From: Chiloscyllium plagiosum
Lineage: Eukaryota
Assembly (NCBI RefSeq): GCF_004010195.1
Contig: NC_057719.1
Span: 15,806,844-15,870,843 of the forward strand
Length of the DNA: 64,000 nucleotides
Direction: 5' to 3'
The notes beneath the pieces were generated by a model. The model worked only from the letters and a program-made list of their open reading frames with translations. It made no database searches and was not told the origin of the DNA. The translations under genes and the position numbers were made by a program. This document shows positions 50,756 through 62,917 of this stretch, piece by piece. Numbering within the stretch: the stretch's first letter is position 1; each line of letters begins with the position of its first letter.

Positions 50756-51667
50756 GTATGTGCATTCATTCATTGATAGTCAAGTGAAATGTAACAAAAC
50801 TAGAATTCCAATTTGTACAAATCTAGGAGATATGGCTATGACCAAAATTTCCAGAGACCTGCAGTTGAAATGTTCTATCTGTAATTTTATTTTTGTTTTA
50901 CACTGAAAGTTGCATGAAAATATATAATTAATGACTTACGTTGCTGTTTACATGTACCTAAATTTACAGGGACCTTTGTGCTGCTCCAGCAATACTTTTA
51001 CTGCAACCAGTGAAAGTTAAATTAAAAATAGCTACATATTTTCTGGCTTTTGCCTGTTTAATCACAGCAATCATTATACTGAAAATATAAGGCGTAAGTA
51101 AGTGTATTTAAATCTGAATTGAAAATAATTAACTAAAATAAATAGGCCTGTCCTGCCTTTGTCTTGATATTTTAAAAACCTGGCTGAAATCCATCAAAAC
51201 ACATATGGATCATTACATTTATTACAAGGTTTAGGGAAAAGTATACACATAGTAAAGTGCACTGAAGTGACTGCACATGCCAATGATGAAAGTAAGAATT
51301 GGGAAGAAATATGTTTTTTGTTCTAAAATTGTGGTTGTACCCTATATTATAGACTCACAACTCATTCATTATTCAGTGCTCATTCAGTTTATTTTCTGAA
51401 TAATTCTGGTGAGCTATGCAGCCTGTGACGCGTTGGTTTCCTTTGGACCAATTTGGACCACCTGTAAGACTGATAGAATGGTGAAATGAGATTCATGTAC
51501 ATGATGATGCAACTGCTTACATGACTATGACATCATAGGGCGTGAGGCGTGATGCTATGCTGACTATTCCTAATCAAACTCTGTCTTTCCAAATGCATGT
51601 ATATTTTGTCTCAGAAACTTCTCAAGTAACTTACCTACTGCAGATATTAGGCTTACTGGTCTACAGT

Positions 51668-53610
51668 ACAGTTCAAAAAAGGAGGTATGCCTCAGGTACA
51701 AGCAGCTGGGATCAAGGGAATCCCTGGAGGTATATAGGGAATACAGGAGTTTACTGAAGAAAGAAATCAGGAGGGCGAAAAGGGGGCACAAGATAGTCTT
51801 GGCTGAGAAGATTAGGGTGAATCCAGAGATTCTTTAAGTATGTTAAAGGAAAAGGAACAACTTGAAAGAGAATAGGACCCCTCAAGGACAAGAGTGAATA
51901 TGTATGTGTAGAACTGCAGGAGATGGGCAAGGTCCTCAATGAATATTTCTCCTCTGTGTATACCATGGAGAAAGACATGAAGACTTGGGGAAATTAGTGG
52001 CCATATCCTGGGGACAGTCCATATCACAGTAGAGGAGGTGTTGGATGTATTAGAATGTATGAAGGTGGATAAATCTCCTAGTCCTGACCAGATGTATCCA
52101 AGAACACTGCAAGAGGCTAGACAAGAAATTATGGGGCCCTGGCTGATGATTTGCATCATCATTAGCCACAGGTGAGATCCCAGAAGACTGGAGCGTAGGA
52201 ATGTTGTGCCCTTATTCAAGAAGGGCTGCAAAGAAAATCCTAGGAACTGTAGACCAGTAAGCCTAATATCTGCAGTAGGTAAGTTACTTGAGAAGTTTCT
52301 GAGACAAAATATACATGCATTTGGAAAGACAGAGTTTGATTAGGAATAGTCAGCATAGCATCACGCATCACGAATTTGTTAGATTTCTTTGATGAAGTGA
52401 CCAGGAAGGTTGATGAGGCAAGGTGGTAAATGAGTCTATAATGGATTTCATTAAGGACTTTGATAAGGTTCGACATGGTAGACTGCTCTAGAAAGTTACA
52501 TAGCATGGATTCCAGGGGGAACTGGCAAATTGGATACACAATTGGCTTGATAATAGGAAGCAGAGGGTAATAGTGGAAGGATGCTTGTCAGTCTGGAGGC
52601 CTGTGACTAGTGGAGTGCCTCAGGGGTCAGTGCTGGGTCCATGCTGTTTGTTACCTATATCAATGATTTGGATGAGAATGCACAAGGCATGATTAGTAAG
52701 TTTGCAGCTGAAACTAAAATTAGGAGGTATCGTATCCATTGAGGAAGGCTATCAGAAATTACAGCAGGGTATCAGCTGGGTAAGTGGCTGAGAAATGGCA
52801 AATGGAATTTAATATAGATAACTGTGAGGTCTTGCATTTTGGAAAGTCAAATCAAGGCAGGAATTTCGTAGTGAATGGCAGGGCCTTATGGAGGGTAGTA
52901 GGGCAGAGCGACCTTGGAGTTCAGGTGCATGGTTCTCTGAAAGTGGAGTCACAGGTAGACAGGGCAGTGAAGAAGGCTTTTGGCATACTGGCCTTCATCA
53001 GTCAGGGCACTGAGTATAGAAGTTGGGAAGTTATGTTTCAGTTGTGTGGGATGTTGGCAAGGCCGCACTTAGAATATTGCATTCAGGTTTGGTCACCTTG
53101 CTATAGGAAGGATGTTATTAAACTGAAAAAAGTGCAGAAGAAATTTATAAGGATGTTGCCAGGATTCAATAGTCTGAGTTATAGGAAGAATTGGACAAAT
53201 TAGGGACTTTTTTTCTTTAGAGCATAGGAGACTGAGGTGTATATAGAAGTGTATAAGATCATAAGAGGCATGGATAGGGTGAATGCACTCAGCCTTTTTC
53301 CCAAGGTTGGGGAATCAAGGAATAGAGGGCATCCATTTAAGGTTAGAGGGGAAAGAATAAAAGGGAACCTGAGGGGCAGCATTTCTACACAGAGGGTGGA
53401 ATGAGCTGCCAGTGGAAGTGGTTGAGGCAGGTACATCAACAACATTTAAAAGGCATTTGGATAAATACATGGATAGGAAAGGTTTAGAAAGATATGGGCC
53501 AAGTGCAAGGAAATGGGATTAGTGTTTATAGATAATTTGGTTGGCATGGACCAGTTTGGGCCAAAGGGCCTGTCTCTGTGTTGTAGGACTCTATGACTCT
53601 ATAACTCTAC
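51668..53610 (+). mobile_element. 5'-truncated CR1 LINE
   Basis: RT and C-terminal remnants; tail (CTATGACT)n. Confidence 0.88.
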
Positions 53611-54049
53611 AGTATGTAAAGAGTTGAAGTGCCTTACTTAGAGTTACAAAGGAACTGCACTCTGAAAGCTAGTGCTTCCAAATAAACACGTTGGCATATA
53701 ACCTGGTGTGGTGTGATTCTTATTTAGAGATAAGGAGCAAGCAACCTCAGGGATGCTGTATGTGCAAACATCCACAGCTTAAGTAATCTAGACTGGAATC
53801 TCAATGTGCAGATTACAGTATTTGCTTAAAACAAAAGATAAAATAAGAAGTTGACTTCAGGTAGATCCTGGGATCAAGAATGATGAATGAGAGTGGATCA
53901 AGTGGGGTCTTTCTGTGGAGCCAGAAGCAGCAGTCCTGCACCTCTTATTTGCGCATTAAGCCAAGTTATATGACAAACCTGATTTTTTTTGGCACTTTTC
54001 AAGATTTTCAGAATGGCTAGACCACAGAAGGAACTGGAAAAGAAAATTT

Positions 54050-54360
54050 TGATTTAGATTTGATTTGATTTATTACTGTTACGTGTATATGTCAAAGTAT
54101 TGTTTTGCGTGCTAACCAGATAAACCTTACATAAATACATCAGAATAATAGAACAGATTGCAGAATATAGTGATACAGCTATAGAGAAGGTATAGAGAAG
54201 GGTCAACTCTAATATATAAGGGGTCCATTCATAAGTGTGATAACAGTGGGAAAGAAGCTGTACTTAAACCTGTTGGTATGTCGTTTCAAACTTTTATATA
54301 TTCTGCCTGATGCAAGAGGGTGGAAGAGAGTATAATCAGGGTGGGAGGGGTCTTCGATTA
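54050..54360 (-). mobile_element. Rex1/Babar-type LINE 3' end
   Basis: IIEDPSHPDYTLFHPLASGRIYKSL..RFKYSFFPTVITLMN; (AAATC)n tail. Confidence 0.8.
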
Positions 54361-55190
54361 TCAATTTGGAGAGGTCTGATTTATAACAGTGCTGGAAGTT
54401 TAAATTACCCTTCAACTGGACATCTTACTAGCAGTTCCAGTTGTTAACATATTAGTAATTTGACGTTTGGCCTCTGGATTTTCATGGTTATTTGACTTCA
54501 CTTTCCATAGAAACCACAATAAGGGTCATTTTTCTTTTAAGCCATTATTAGATTTTTGTCTAATATAGATAGTATGAAGGCCCCATTTTGTTTCATTTCC
54601 AATCCAGAATAATTGTTTAATATTAAACAAAGAACTGCAGATGTTGAAGATCTGAAACAAAAACAGAAATTGCTGGTGAATAGCAGAGTTTTTGTTTTGA
54701 GTCAGGTTTTATCAGGTTTTGTTTTATCAGGTGCTGCTAGACCTGCTTAGTTTCCTAGAAATTTCTGGGGTTTTTTCAGAATAATTGTTTACTTTTCTTT
54801 GTAAATTTCTATTTTGTTACTGGATGTAACCAAGAATCCTACAGTCCCATTTCACAATCTGTCAATATCACTGCTTATACATTTCGAGGTTTTTGTCTCC
54901 TTTGCCTAAGTCAAAATAATATAGAACTCCCTAAACATCTCAACGGTATACTTCCTCTATTATCAATTGCTACAACCCTGTTTTCTGTCTCTTGGTCAAT
55001 TCTGTGTCCGTCCAGTCATTGCTGTTTAAACACATGGGCTTTAATTTTGTGAACAGTTCTTTGGAACTTTAAGTCCACATACTTGATCTAAGTTAAAAGT
55101 CATGCAACACCAGGTTTAGTCCAACAGGTTTAATTGGAAGCACATTAGCTTTCAGAGCACTGCTCTGTCATCAGGTGACAATCACCTGAT

Positions 55191-55529
55191 TAGATTAGAT
55201 TAGATTAGATTAGATTACTTACAGTGTGGAAACAGGCCCTTCGGCCCAACAAGTCCACACCGACCCGCCGAAGCGTAACCCACCCAGACCCATTCTCCTA
55301 CATTTACCCCTTCACCTAACACTACGGGCAATTTAGCATGGCCAATTCACCTAACCCCTGCACATTTTTTTTTGGATTGTGGGAGGAAACCGGAGCACCC
55401 GGAGGAAACCCACGCAGACACGGGGAGAATGTGCAAACTCCACACAGTGTCGCCTGAGGCGGGAATTGAACCCGGGTCTCTGGCGCTGTGAGGCAGCAGT
55501 GCTAACCACTGTGCCACCGTGCCGCCCAC
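55191..55529 (-). mobile_element. Young HE1-type SINE
   Basis: Intact tRNA-like head; (TCTAA)n tail; TGAT flanking duplication. Confidence 0.92.
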
Positions 55530-55585
55530 GGTGATGAAGGAGCGGCACTCCGAAAGCTAGTGTGCTTCCAATTAGTGTGCTTCAT

Positions 55586-55620
55586 TTCCTGAAGAAGGGC
55601 TTATGCCCGAAACGTCGATT
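55586..55620 (+). ncRNA. Minimal hammerhead ribozyme motif, family A (best-preserved copy)
   Basis: TTC-CTGAAGA-AGGGC-TTAT-GCCC-GAAAC-GTC-GATT: full CUGANGA/GAAA core, 4-bp stem II, GUC triplet, palindromic ACGT. Confidence 0.75.
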
Positions 55621-56329
55621 CTCCTGTTCCCTGGATGCTGCCTGACCTGCTGCGCTTTTCCAGCAACACATTTCCAGCTGCTTCCAATTAAACCTGTTGG
55701 ACTAGAACCTGGTGTTGCATGATTTTTAACTTTGTACACCCCAGTCCAACACCGGCATCTCCAAATTATGAATACTTGATCTAGATACTGGACTGTGGAA
55801 GACTGGATACAGTTGGGATGTTGGATAAAACTAGGAGATATCCAAACCAATTTTTCTTGCTATGCTTAGAGACATGTAAGCTATGTGACTGGAAGCTCAT
55901 TAGGCACTAAGTTTCCAAATGGTTTAGTTTAACCTTCACCATTTGCTAGGGAAAGTTTTCCTGGGATCAAAATTTCTAATGGGGATCAAAGAATTTGAGC
56001 AGGTCTTCACAAGTTCAGCAATGGATGGCGGACATGCGTTTAACAACTTAGCAGTAACAGAGGATTCATGACAAGTGAGAATAAGATAGAACTGGTGTCA
56101 TCAGTGTTTATTTACATGGGATGCAACTTTGATAAGAAATGTTTTGATATTGTGGCTGGCCTGAAATCTGATTAGAGGGTTTTAGGTTGAGGGAAAGAAT
56201 TCAATAGGTGACAATGCGATCAAAGACTTTGGCAGGAAAAGGGTATAGAAATGAGGCTGTTGTTTGCATGGACAAAATGGTGCAGTTTTTTATAAATGGG
56301 CAGGCTGTGATAGAATTGCTACAATATGG

Positions 56330-56708
56330 AAGCCTATACCTATAACCTTGTATTTCCCGTGGATAATCCACTTTGCCTGCAAATCCCTGGGCACTATGGG
56401 CAATTTATAATGGCCAATCCACCTAATCTGCATATCTTTGATCTGTGAGAGGACGCCAGAGCACCCAGAGGAAACCCACGCATGTGTGGAGAGAATGTGA
56501 AAACTTCTATGGCTCTATCAGATGGGAGTAGTTTAATTTGGGATTATGCACGGCATGGACTGGTTGGACCGTGGTGTCTATTTTGATGATGTATAACTCT
56601 ATGTCTATGACTCCACGCAGATAGAGTGGTGTTCACCCAAGGATGGCATGAAACCCAGGTCACTAGCACTGAGGCAGCAGTGCTAACCACTGAGCCACCA
56701 TGCCGCCC
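56330..56708 (-). mobile_element. Older HE1-like SINE with a CR1-tail fragment inserted
   Basis: Diverged SINE head at 56640-56708; + strand CR1 tail at about 56515-56612. Confidence 0.7.
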
Positions 56709-58114
56709 CTGGTGAAAGCAGATTTGTTGAAGAAGGGTAGTACCTAAGGGAGAGAACTATTATTGGCCTCAGTTAACATGGAAGCAAGAAAAATAATTGG
56801 GTCATGAGCTCTTTAATAAGAAAAGGATTAAGGAGCAGGAGGTGGGTGACAAAACAAATTCACTGAATAACTAAGTAGGCTCAAAGGGCACCATGATCTT
56901 CTCCTGTTTTTACTTTCCTGTACCTATCTGTTATCATTTGCTCCTGGTCTCTGTCTAAATTTACAGGATTTACTATTCAAAAAACACAAATCCTCTAATT
57001 TGCCAGCCATGTAGCTTTCTCCTATAGAATTAAACAGTTTACAAAATGGCATTGTTGGAATTGACTCTTCCTGTTCCTATTTATAAAATTGCATAACAGG
57101 TATTGCAAGGATGAAAAAAAGGAGCATGTAGCTGCGGATCATCGATGAGTTCCAAGGATAGGCACGTGCTGCTGAGTAAGATAGTTACCAATAAATGCAT
57201 AATGTACTAGGAGCAATGCAAAGGTGGAGAAAAAGGAGTAAGTGATTGAAAAGGAAAACCACAGAATGGAAATAATGGTTATGCATTTATGAAGCATAAA
57301 AATTAGTTCATACAGTGAAATGGAAACTTCTAATCCAATCATTTCTAGCTTTGGAAGAAAATCCTCTGTACCTCACTGTTAACAGGGATCTAACCATCTT
57401 TTTCATGCTGTACTCATGAATATAGACTATCATGTGATAATTTTTTCGAGGAAAACATTTATAGTACTGTGAGATATTATTTTGTAGTTCCGTCACTAAC
57501 CCATTCACAAGTGTTTTATATTTACTCATTCATAACTCCTTCACTAACCCACTCACAAGCGAACACCACGTTTGAGTTTCATTCATTTATGTATAATTCC
57601 CTACTATAACGTAGTTGCATTCATTCATTCATAAAACAACGGTCCTGTAGTATTTTTACTATTACAAGATAGACCAAATTAAGACAACGCTTTCAACCAA
57701 TTACTAATCAAAACAACCCTTTCAATCCATTAATGCTTTTTTCACACCTTCAATCCTTATCAGCCCTTGCCCCACACGAGATGATAATATTAATCAGCCT
57801 ATACCAACCTTCTCTTGGACGTGAATAGGTTACAAATGCCAGTTTTCCCGAATAGTATGCAAGACTACAAGCCCAGAAGACATCAGAGCAGAAATTAGGC
57901 CATTCAACCCATTGAGTCTGTTCTGCAATTCAATCTTAGCTGATAGATTTTTCAACCCCATTTTTCTACTTTCTCTCCATAAGAACTTATCTATCTCTGT
58001 TTTAAATATACTCAATGACCTGGCCACCATAGCCTTCTGTGGCAATGAATTCCACAGATTCATCACTCTCTGGCTAAAGAAGTTTCTCCTTATCTCCGTC
58101 CTGAAAGGTCTTCA

Positions 58115-58448
58115 GGCAGCACGGTGGCTCGGTGGTTAGCACTGTCGCCTCACCGCACCAGGTATCCGCATTCAATTCCAGTTTTGGGCGACTGTCTATA
58201 TGGGGTTTGCACATTCTCCCCCTGTCTGTGTGGGTTTTCTCCAGGTGCTCCGGTTTCCTCCCACAATCCAAAGATGTGCAGGTCAGGTGAATTGGCCATG
58301 CTCAATTGCCCATAGTGTTAGGTGCATTAGTCAGGGGTAAATATGGGATAGGGGAATGGGTCTGGATGGGTTACTCTTCGGAAGGTTGGTATGGACTTGT
58401 TGGGCTGAAAGGCCTGTTTCCAGACTGTGGGGAATCTAATCTAATCTA
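58115..58448 (+). mobile_element. HE1-type SINE inserted in a minus-strand CR1 3' end (about 57870-58515)
   Basis: GGCAGCACGGTGGCTCGGTGGTTAGCAC head; (TCTAA)n tail; GTCTTC flanking duplication. Confidence 0.88.
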
Positions 58449-58515
58449 GTCTTCCTTTATTTTAAGGCTGTGTCCTCGGGTCCTCATCTCTCCTGCCAAT
58501 GGAAACATCTTCCCA

Positions 58516-60889
58516 AGCTCAAAGTCTTCTTCTCAACCGTCGAATATTCCTGCTGATGAATATTTAACTTTCTGGAGAAATATCTGATAGGTCTTTCTGT
58601 CTTCTCATCATCTTCCTGTAAAAGCACAGCAATGACACCCACATCACTCATATCGACAGCCACATTGAATGGCTTTGCGTAATTAGGTGTGGTTAACACT
58701 GGGGTAGTGATTAACATAGCTTTCACGCTGTCAAATGCCTTGTGACAGTTTGCTATCCACTGAAACGTCTTGCGTTTCTTTAGCAATTCAGTGACTGGAG
58801 CAGCCACACTGTTAAGATTTGGCGCGAATGTTTGATAAAATTCACTCAATTTCAGGAATTGTAGTACTACTCTTTTTGTCAATGGTATGGGAAACTCCTC
58901 AACTATCCTTGTATTTGCATTCTGTGGGACCATTCCATGTCCAATAACATGGTCCAGGAAGGTGACTTGGACTTTGGCAAATTTACTTTTACACAGGTTT
59001 ATCACCAAGCCTGCCTCCCGAAGTTGGTTGAACAATTCTGATAAATGTTGCAAATGTTCCTTCCATGTGTGACTAAAAATCACCAGGTCATCTATATATA
59101 CAACACAATGGTAATCTGGCAGTGACCTCATTGGTTAGTCTCTAAAATGTGGCTGGCACGTTTCTCATAGCAAATAGCATAAGTTTAAATTGATGCAGTC
59201 CATTTGGTGTTGTGAAAGCTGATATAGTCGTCGCTGTTTTGGACAAATGTACCTTCCAGTATCTTCTGAAAAAGTCCAACTTAGACATATAAATTGCTTT
59301 GTTCCACCTTTTTAACACAGTCTTCTAAATGTGGAATCAGATATGCATCAGATACTTCATTGACTTTGTGATAGTCCGTACATAACCGTTGGGTACCATC
59401 TGGTTTTGGCACCATTACTCTGGGTGAGCTACAGTCACTGTAAATCACTTTGATTATGTATCTTGGAGCATGCGTTCAATCTTCTTTTGAACCTGTACCA
59501 AAGAGGATTATGCCTATATGGATATTGCTTAATTGGAACAGCAACTATTTTTCCATCATGGATAATTAAGGTAGTACTTCCCATCTTATTTCAACATATC
59601 TCCCATGCGATTGTAATAACACTTCCAGGTCATTTTGATTTGCCTCTGGAAGGTTACTCAATAATTTATCCAAATTTTTGACAACTTCCTCATTGTCCAA
59701 TTTAATTTGAGGAATGTCCAAATCAGAATCCTCTGAACTTGGTTCTTCACTTTGTGTTGTAATCAATAACATAGTCTCCTTTTGCTTTCCTTCCCTATCA
59801 AAATACCTTTTGAGCATATTCACATGACACACTCTGTGAGATTTCTTTCTGTCTGGATTCCTTATCAATAGTTCACCTCACTCAATCTCCTTTCAACTTG
59901 ATAGGGTCCATTAAATCTTACTTTTAAAGGTTCACCTCTGACTGGAATTAACACTAACCCCTTATCTCCAGTAGCAAAATTGTGAGTTTTTGATTTCTTG
60001 TCTGTTTCATTATATGCTGTGATACTTTTAAATGCTGTCTAGCCAACTTCCCCGCTCGATTTAATCATTCCCTAAAATCTGACATTTAGTCTAAATATGT
60101 GGTCTCTGAATTCTGACTTACCAATTGTACCTTAATCAATTTTAGCAGTCCTGTCACTTCATACCTCAAAACTAAATCAAACAGACTGAATTTGGTCAAT
60201 TCATTTAGTGCATCTGTGATAACAAAAAGTACAAATGGAATTCCTTTATCCCAATCATCTGGATAGTCTTGATTATAAGCCCTCAACGTGGTCTTTAATG
60301 TCTGATGCCACCTTTCTAACACTCCCTATGATTCTGGATGGTGTACAGTTGATTTGAATTGTTTTATTCCTAAGCTGGCCATAATTTCCTTGAATAATTT
60401 GATGTAAAGTTTGACCCTTGATCTGACTGTATCTCTGTGGGCTGTCCATATTTCGTGAAAAATTTGAGTAACTCCTCTACAATTCTTGGCCTCTGGAAAT
60501 CTAATGGACACATCTATTATTGTGAACAAATACTGATTCGCACATTTTGTTTTAGAGATCCTCTGTTATCAATTAGACTCCTATAAAAGGTTCCTCAAAT
60601 GCAGGAATAGATATGAAAGGTACAGGTTTTACGAATGCCTATGGTTTTCCAATTACCTGACAGATATGACATGCCTGGCAAAAATCAATTACATCTTTGT
60701 GCAGTCCAGGCCAGTAAAAATTGTTTTGTATTTTAACTTGAGTCTTTCTCACCCCTAAATACCCCCTACTAGTAGGTCATGTGCCACCCCAACACCTTCT
60801 TTCTTAACCCACTGGCAATGTGACTTGATGAACATCTGCCCATTTCTCAACTGCCTGAATATGTGATGGTCTCCATTTCTTCATTGAGA
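58516..60889 (-). mobile_element. Gmr1-like Gypsy pol remnant: integrase, GPY motif, RT, RNase H (in that order)
   Basis: Reading minus: LERWHQTLKTTL (60322-60086), RVCHVNMLKRY (about 59830), VYIDDLVIFS, AVDMSDVGV, YFSRKL (59131-58520). Confidence 0.9.
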
Positions 60890-61427
60890 CATGAGGGTGA
60901 TTGGAAAGGCTGGTAGGTATAGGGAATGCTGGATGATGAAAGAAATTGAGGGTTTGGTTAAGAAAAAGGAAGCATATGTAAGATATNNNNNNNNNNNNNN
61001 NNNNNNNNNNNNNNNNNNNNNNNNNNNNNNNNNNNNNNNNNNNNNNNNNNNNNNNNNNNNNNNNTGTGTGGAGCCACAGAAAATGGGGGAGATACTAAAT
61101 GAATATTTTGCATCAGTATTTACTGTGGGTATAGAAGGATATAGAAGATATAGACTGTAAGGAAATAGATGGTGACATCTTGCGAAATGTCCAGATTACG
61201 GAGGAGGAAGTGCTGGATGTCTTGAAACGGTTAAAAGTGTATAAATCCCCAGGACCTGATCAGGTGTACCCGGGAAATCTGTGGGAAGCTAGAGAAGTGA
61301 TTGCTGGGCCTCTTGCTGAGATATTTGTATCATCGATAGTCACAGGTGAGGTCCCGGAAGACTGGAGGTTGGCTAACGTGGTGCCACTGTTTAAGAAGGG
61401 TGGTAAAGACAAGCTAGGGAACCATAG
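60890..61427 (+). mobile_element. Young CR1 ORF2 fragment spanning a gap
   Basis: KSPGPDQVYP..EDWRLANVVPLFKKG. Confidence 0.88.
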
Positions 61428-62618
61428 CTGAAAAACGACGTTGTGCCGAACATTTGTCCTAGCTTAAGCACCCATCCATGTACCTATCCAATTGCCGCTT
61501 AAAGGTCACCAAAGATTCTGACTACCACTCCCACAGACAGTGCATTCCATGCCCCCACCACTCTCTGGGTAAAGAACCCACCCCTGACATCTCCCCTATA
61601 CCTTCCACCCTTCACCTTAAATTTATGTCTCCTTGTAACATTCTGTTGTACCCGGGGAAAAAGCTTCTGACTGTCTACTCTATCTATTCCTCTGATCATC
61701 TTATAAACCTCTATCAACTCACCCCTCATCCTTCGCCGTTCCAACGAGAAAAGGCCGAGAACTCTCAACCTATCCCCGTACGACTTCCTCTCCATTCCAG
61801 GCAACATCCTGGTAAATCTCCTCTGCACCCCCTCCAAAGCTTCCACATCTTTCCTAAAGTGAGGCGACCAGAACTGCACACAGTACTCCAACTGTGGCCT
61901 AACCAAAGTCCTGTACAGCTGCAACATCACTTCACGACTCTTGAATTCAATCCCTCTGCTAATGAACGATAATACTCCATAGGCCTTCTTACAAACTCTA
62001 TCCACCTGAGTGACAACCTTCAAAGATCTATGTACATAGACCCCAAGATCCCTCTGTTCCTCCACCTGACTAAGAACCCTACCATTAACCCTGTATTCCG
62101 CATACTTATTTGTTCTTCCAAAATGGACAACCTCACACGTGGCAGGGTTGAACTCCATCTGCCACTCCTCAGCCCAACTCTGCATCATATCTAAGTCCCT
62201 CTGCAGCCGACAACAGCCCTCCTCACTGTCCACAACTCCACCTATCTTCGTATCATCTGCAAATTTACTGACCCACCCTTCGACTCCCTCATCTAAGTCA
62301 TTAATAAAAATTACAAACAGCAGAGGACCCAGAACTGATCCCTGCGGAACTCCACTTGTAACTGGGCTCCAGGCTGAATATTTACCATCTACCACCACTC
62401 TCCGACTTCGACCAGTTAGCCAGTTTTCTATCCAATTGGCCAAATTTCCCTCTATCCCATGCCTCCTGACTTTCCGCATAAGCCTACCATGGGGAACCTT
62501 ATCAAATGCCTTACTAAAATCCATGTACACTACATCCACCGCTCTTCCCTCATCCACATGCTTGGTCACCTCCTCGAAGAATTCAATAAGACTTGTAAGG
62601 CAAGACCTACCCTCCACA
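61428..62618 (-). mobile_element. Very young CR1 LINE 3' part with an open 372-aa RT/C-terminal frame
   Basis: VYMDFSKAFDKVPH, GVPQGSVLGPLLF, KFADDTK; no stops; 5' end lost in the gap. Confidence 0.95.
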
Positions 62619-62917
62619 NNNNNNNNNNNNNNNNNNNNNNNNNNNNNNNNNNNNNNNNNNNNNNNNNNNNNNNNNNNNNNNNNNNNNNNNNNNNNNNNNN
62701 NNNNNNNNNNNNNNNNNNNNNNNNNNNNNNNNNNNNNNNNNNNNNNNNNNNNNNNNNNNNNNNNNNNNNNNNNNNNNNNNNNNNNNNNNNNNNNNNNNNN
62801 NNNNNNNNNNNNNNNNNNNNNNNNNNNNNNNNNNNNNNNNNNNNNNNNNNNNNNNNNNNNNNNNNNNNNNNNNNNNNNNNNNNNNNNNNNNNNNNNNNNN
62901 NNNNNNNNNNNNNNNNN

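Larger units (their letters stand above)
55091..55765. mobile_element. Fold-back Penelope terminus (family B) hosting an HE1 SINE and a family A insert
   Basis: Left arm 55091-55178 is the reverse complement of the right arm (55182-55190 + 55532-55573 + 55680-55731). Confidence 0.8.

Noticed and set aside
50970..51100. Candidate next CATSPERB micro-exons (TTACAG at 50969; CACAG at 51067 with GTAAGT donor)
   Set aside because: Phase-0 reading gives no similarity to the expected FSRADFCGFE-like sequence or hits a stop; the next exon is probably outside the window.
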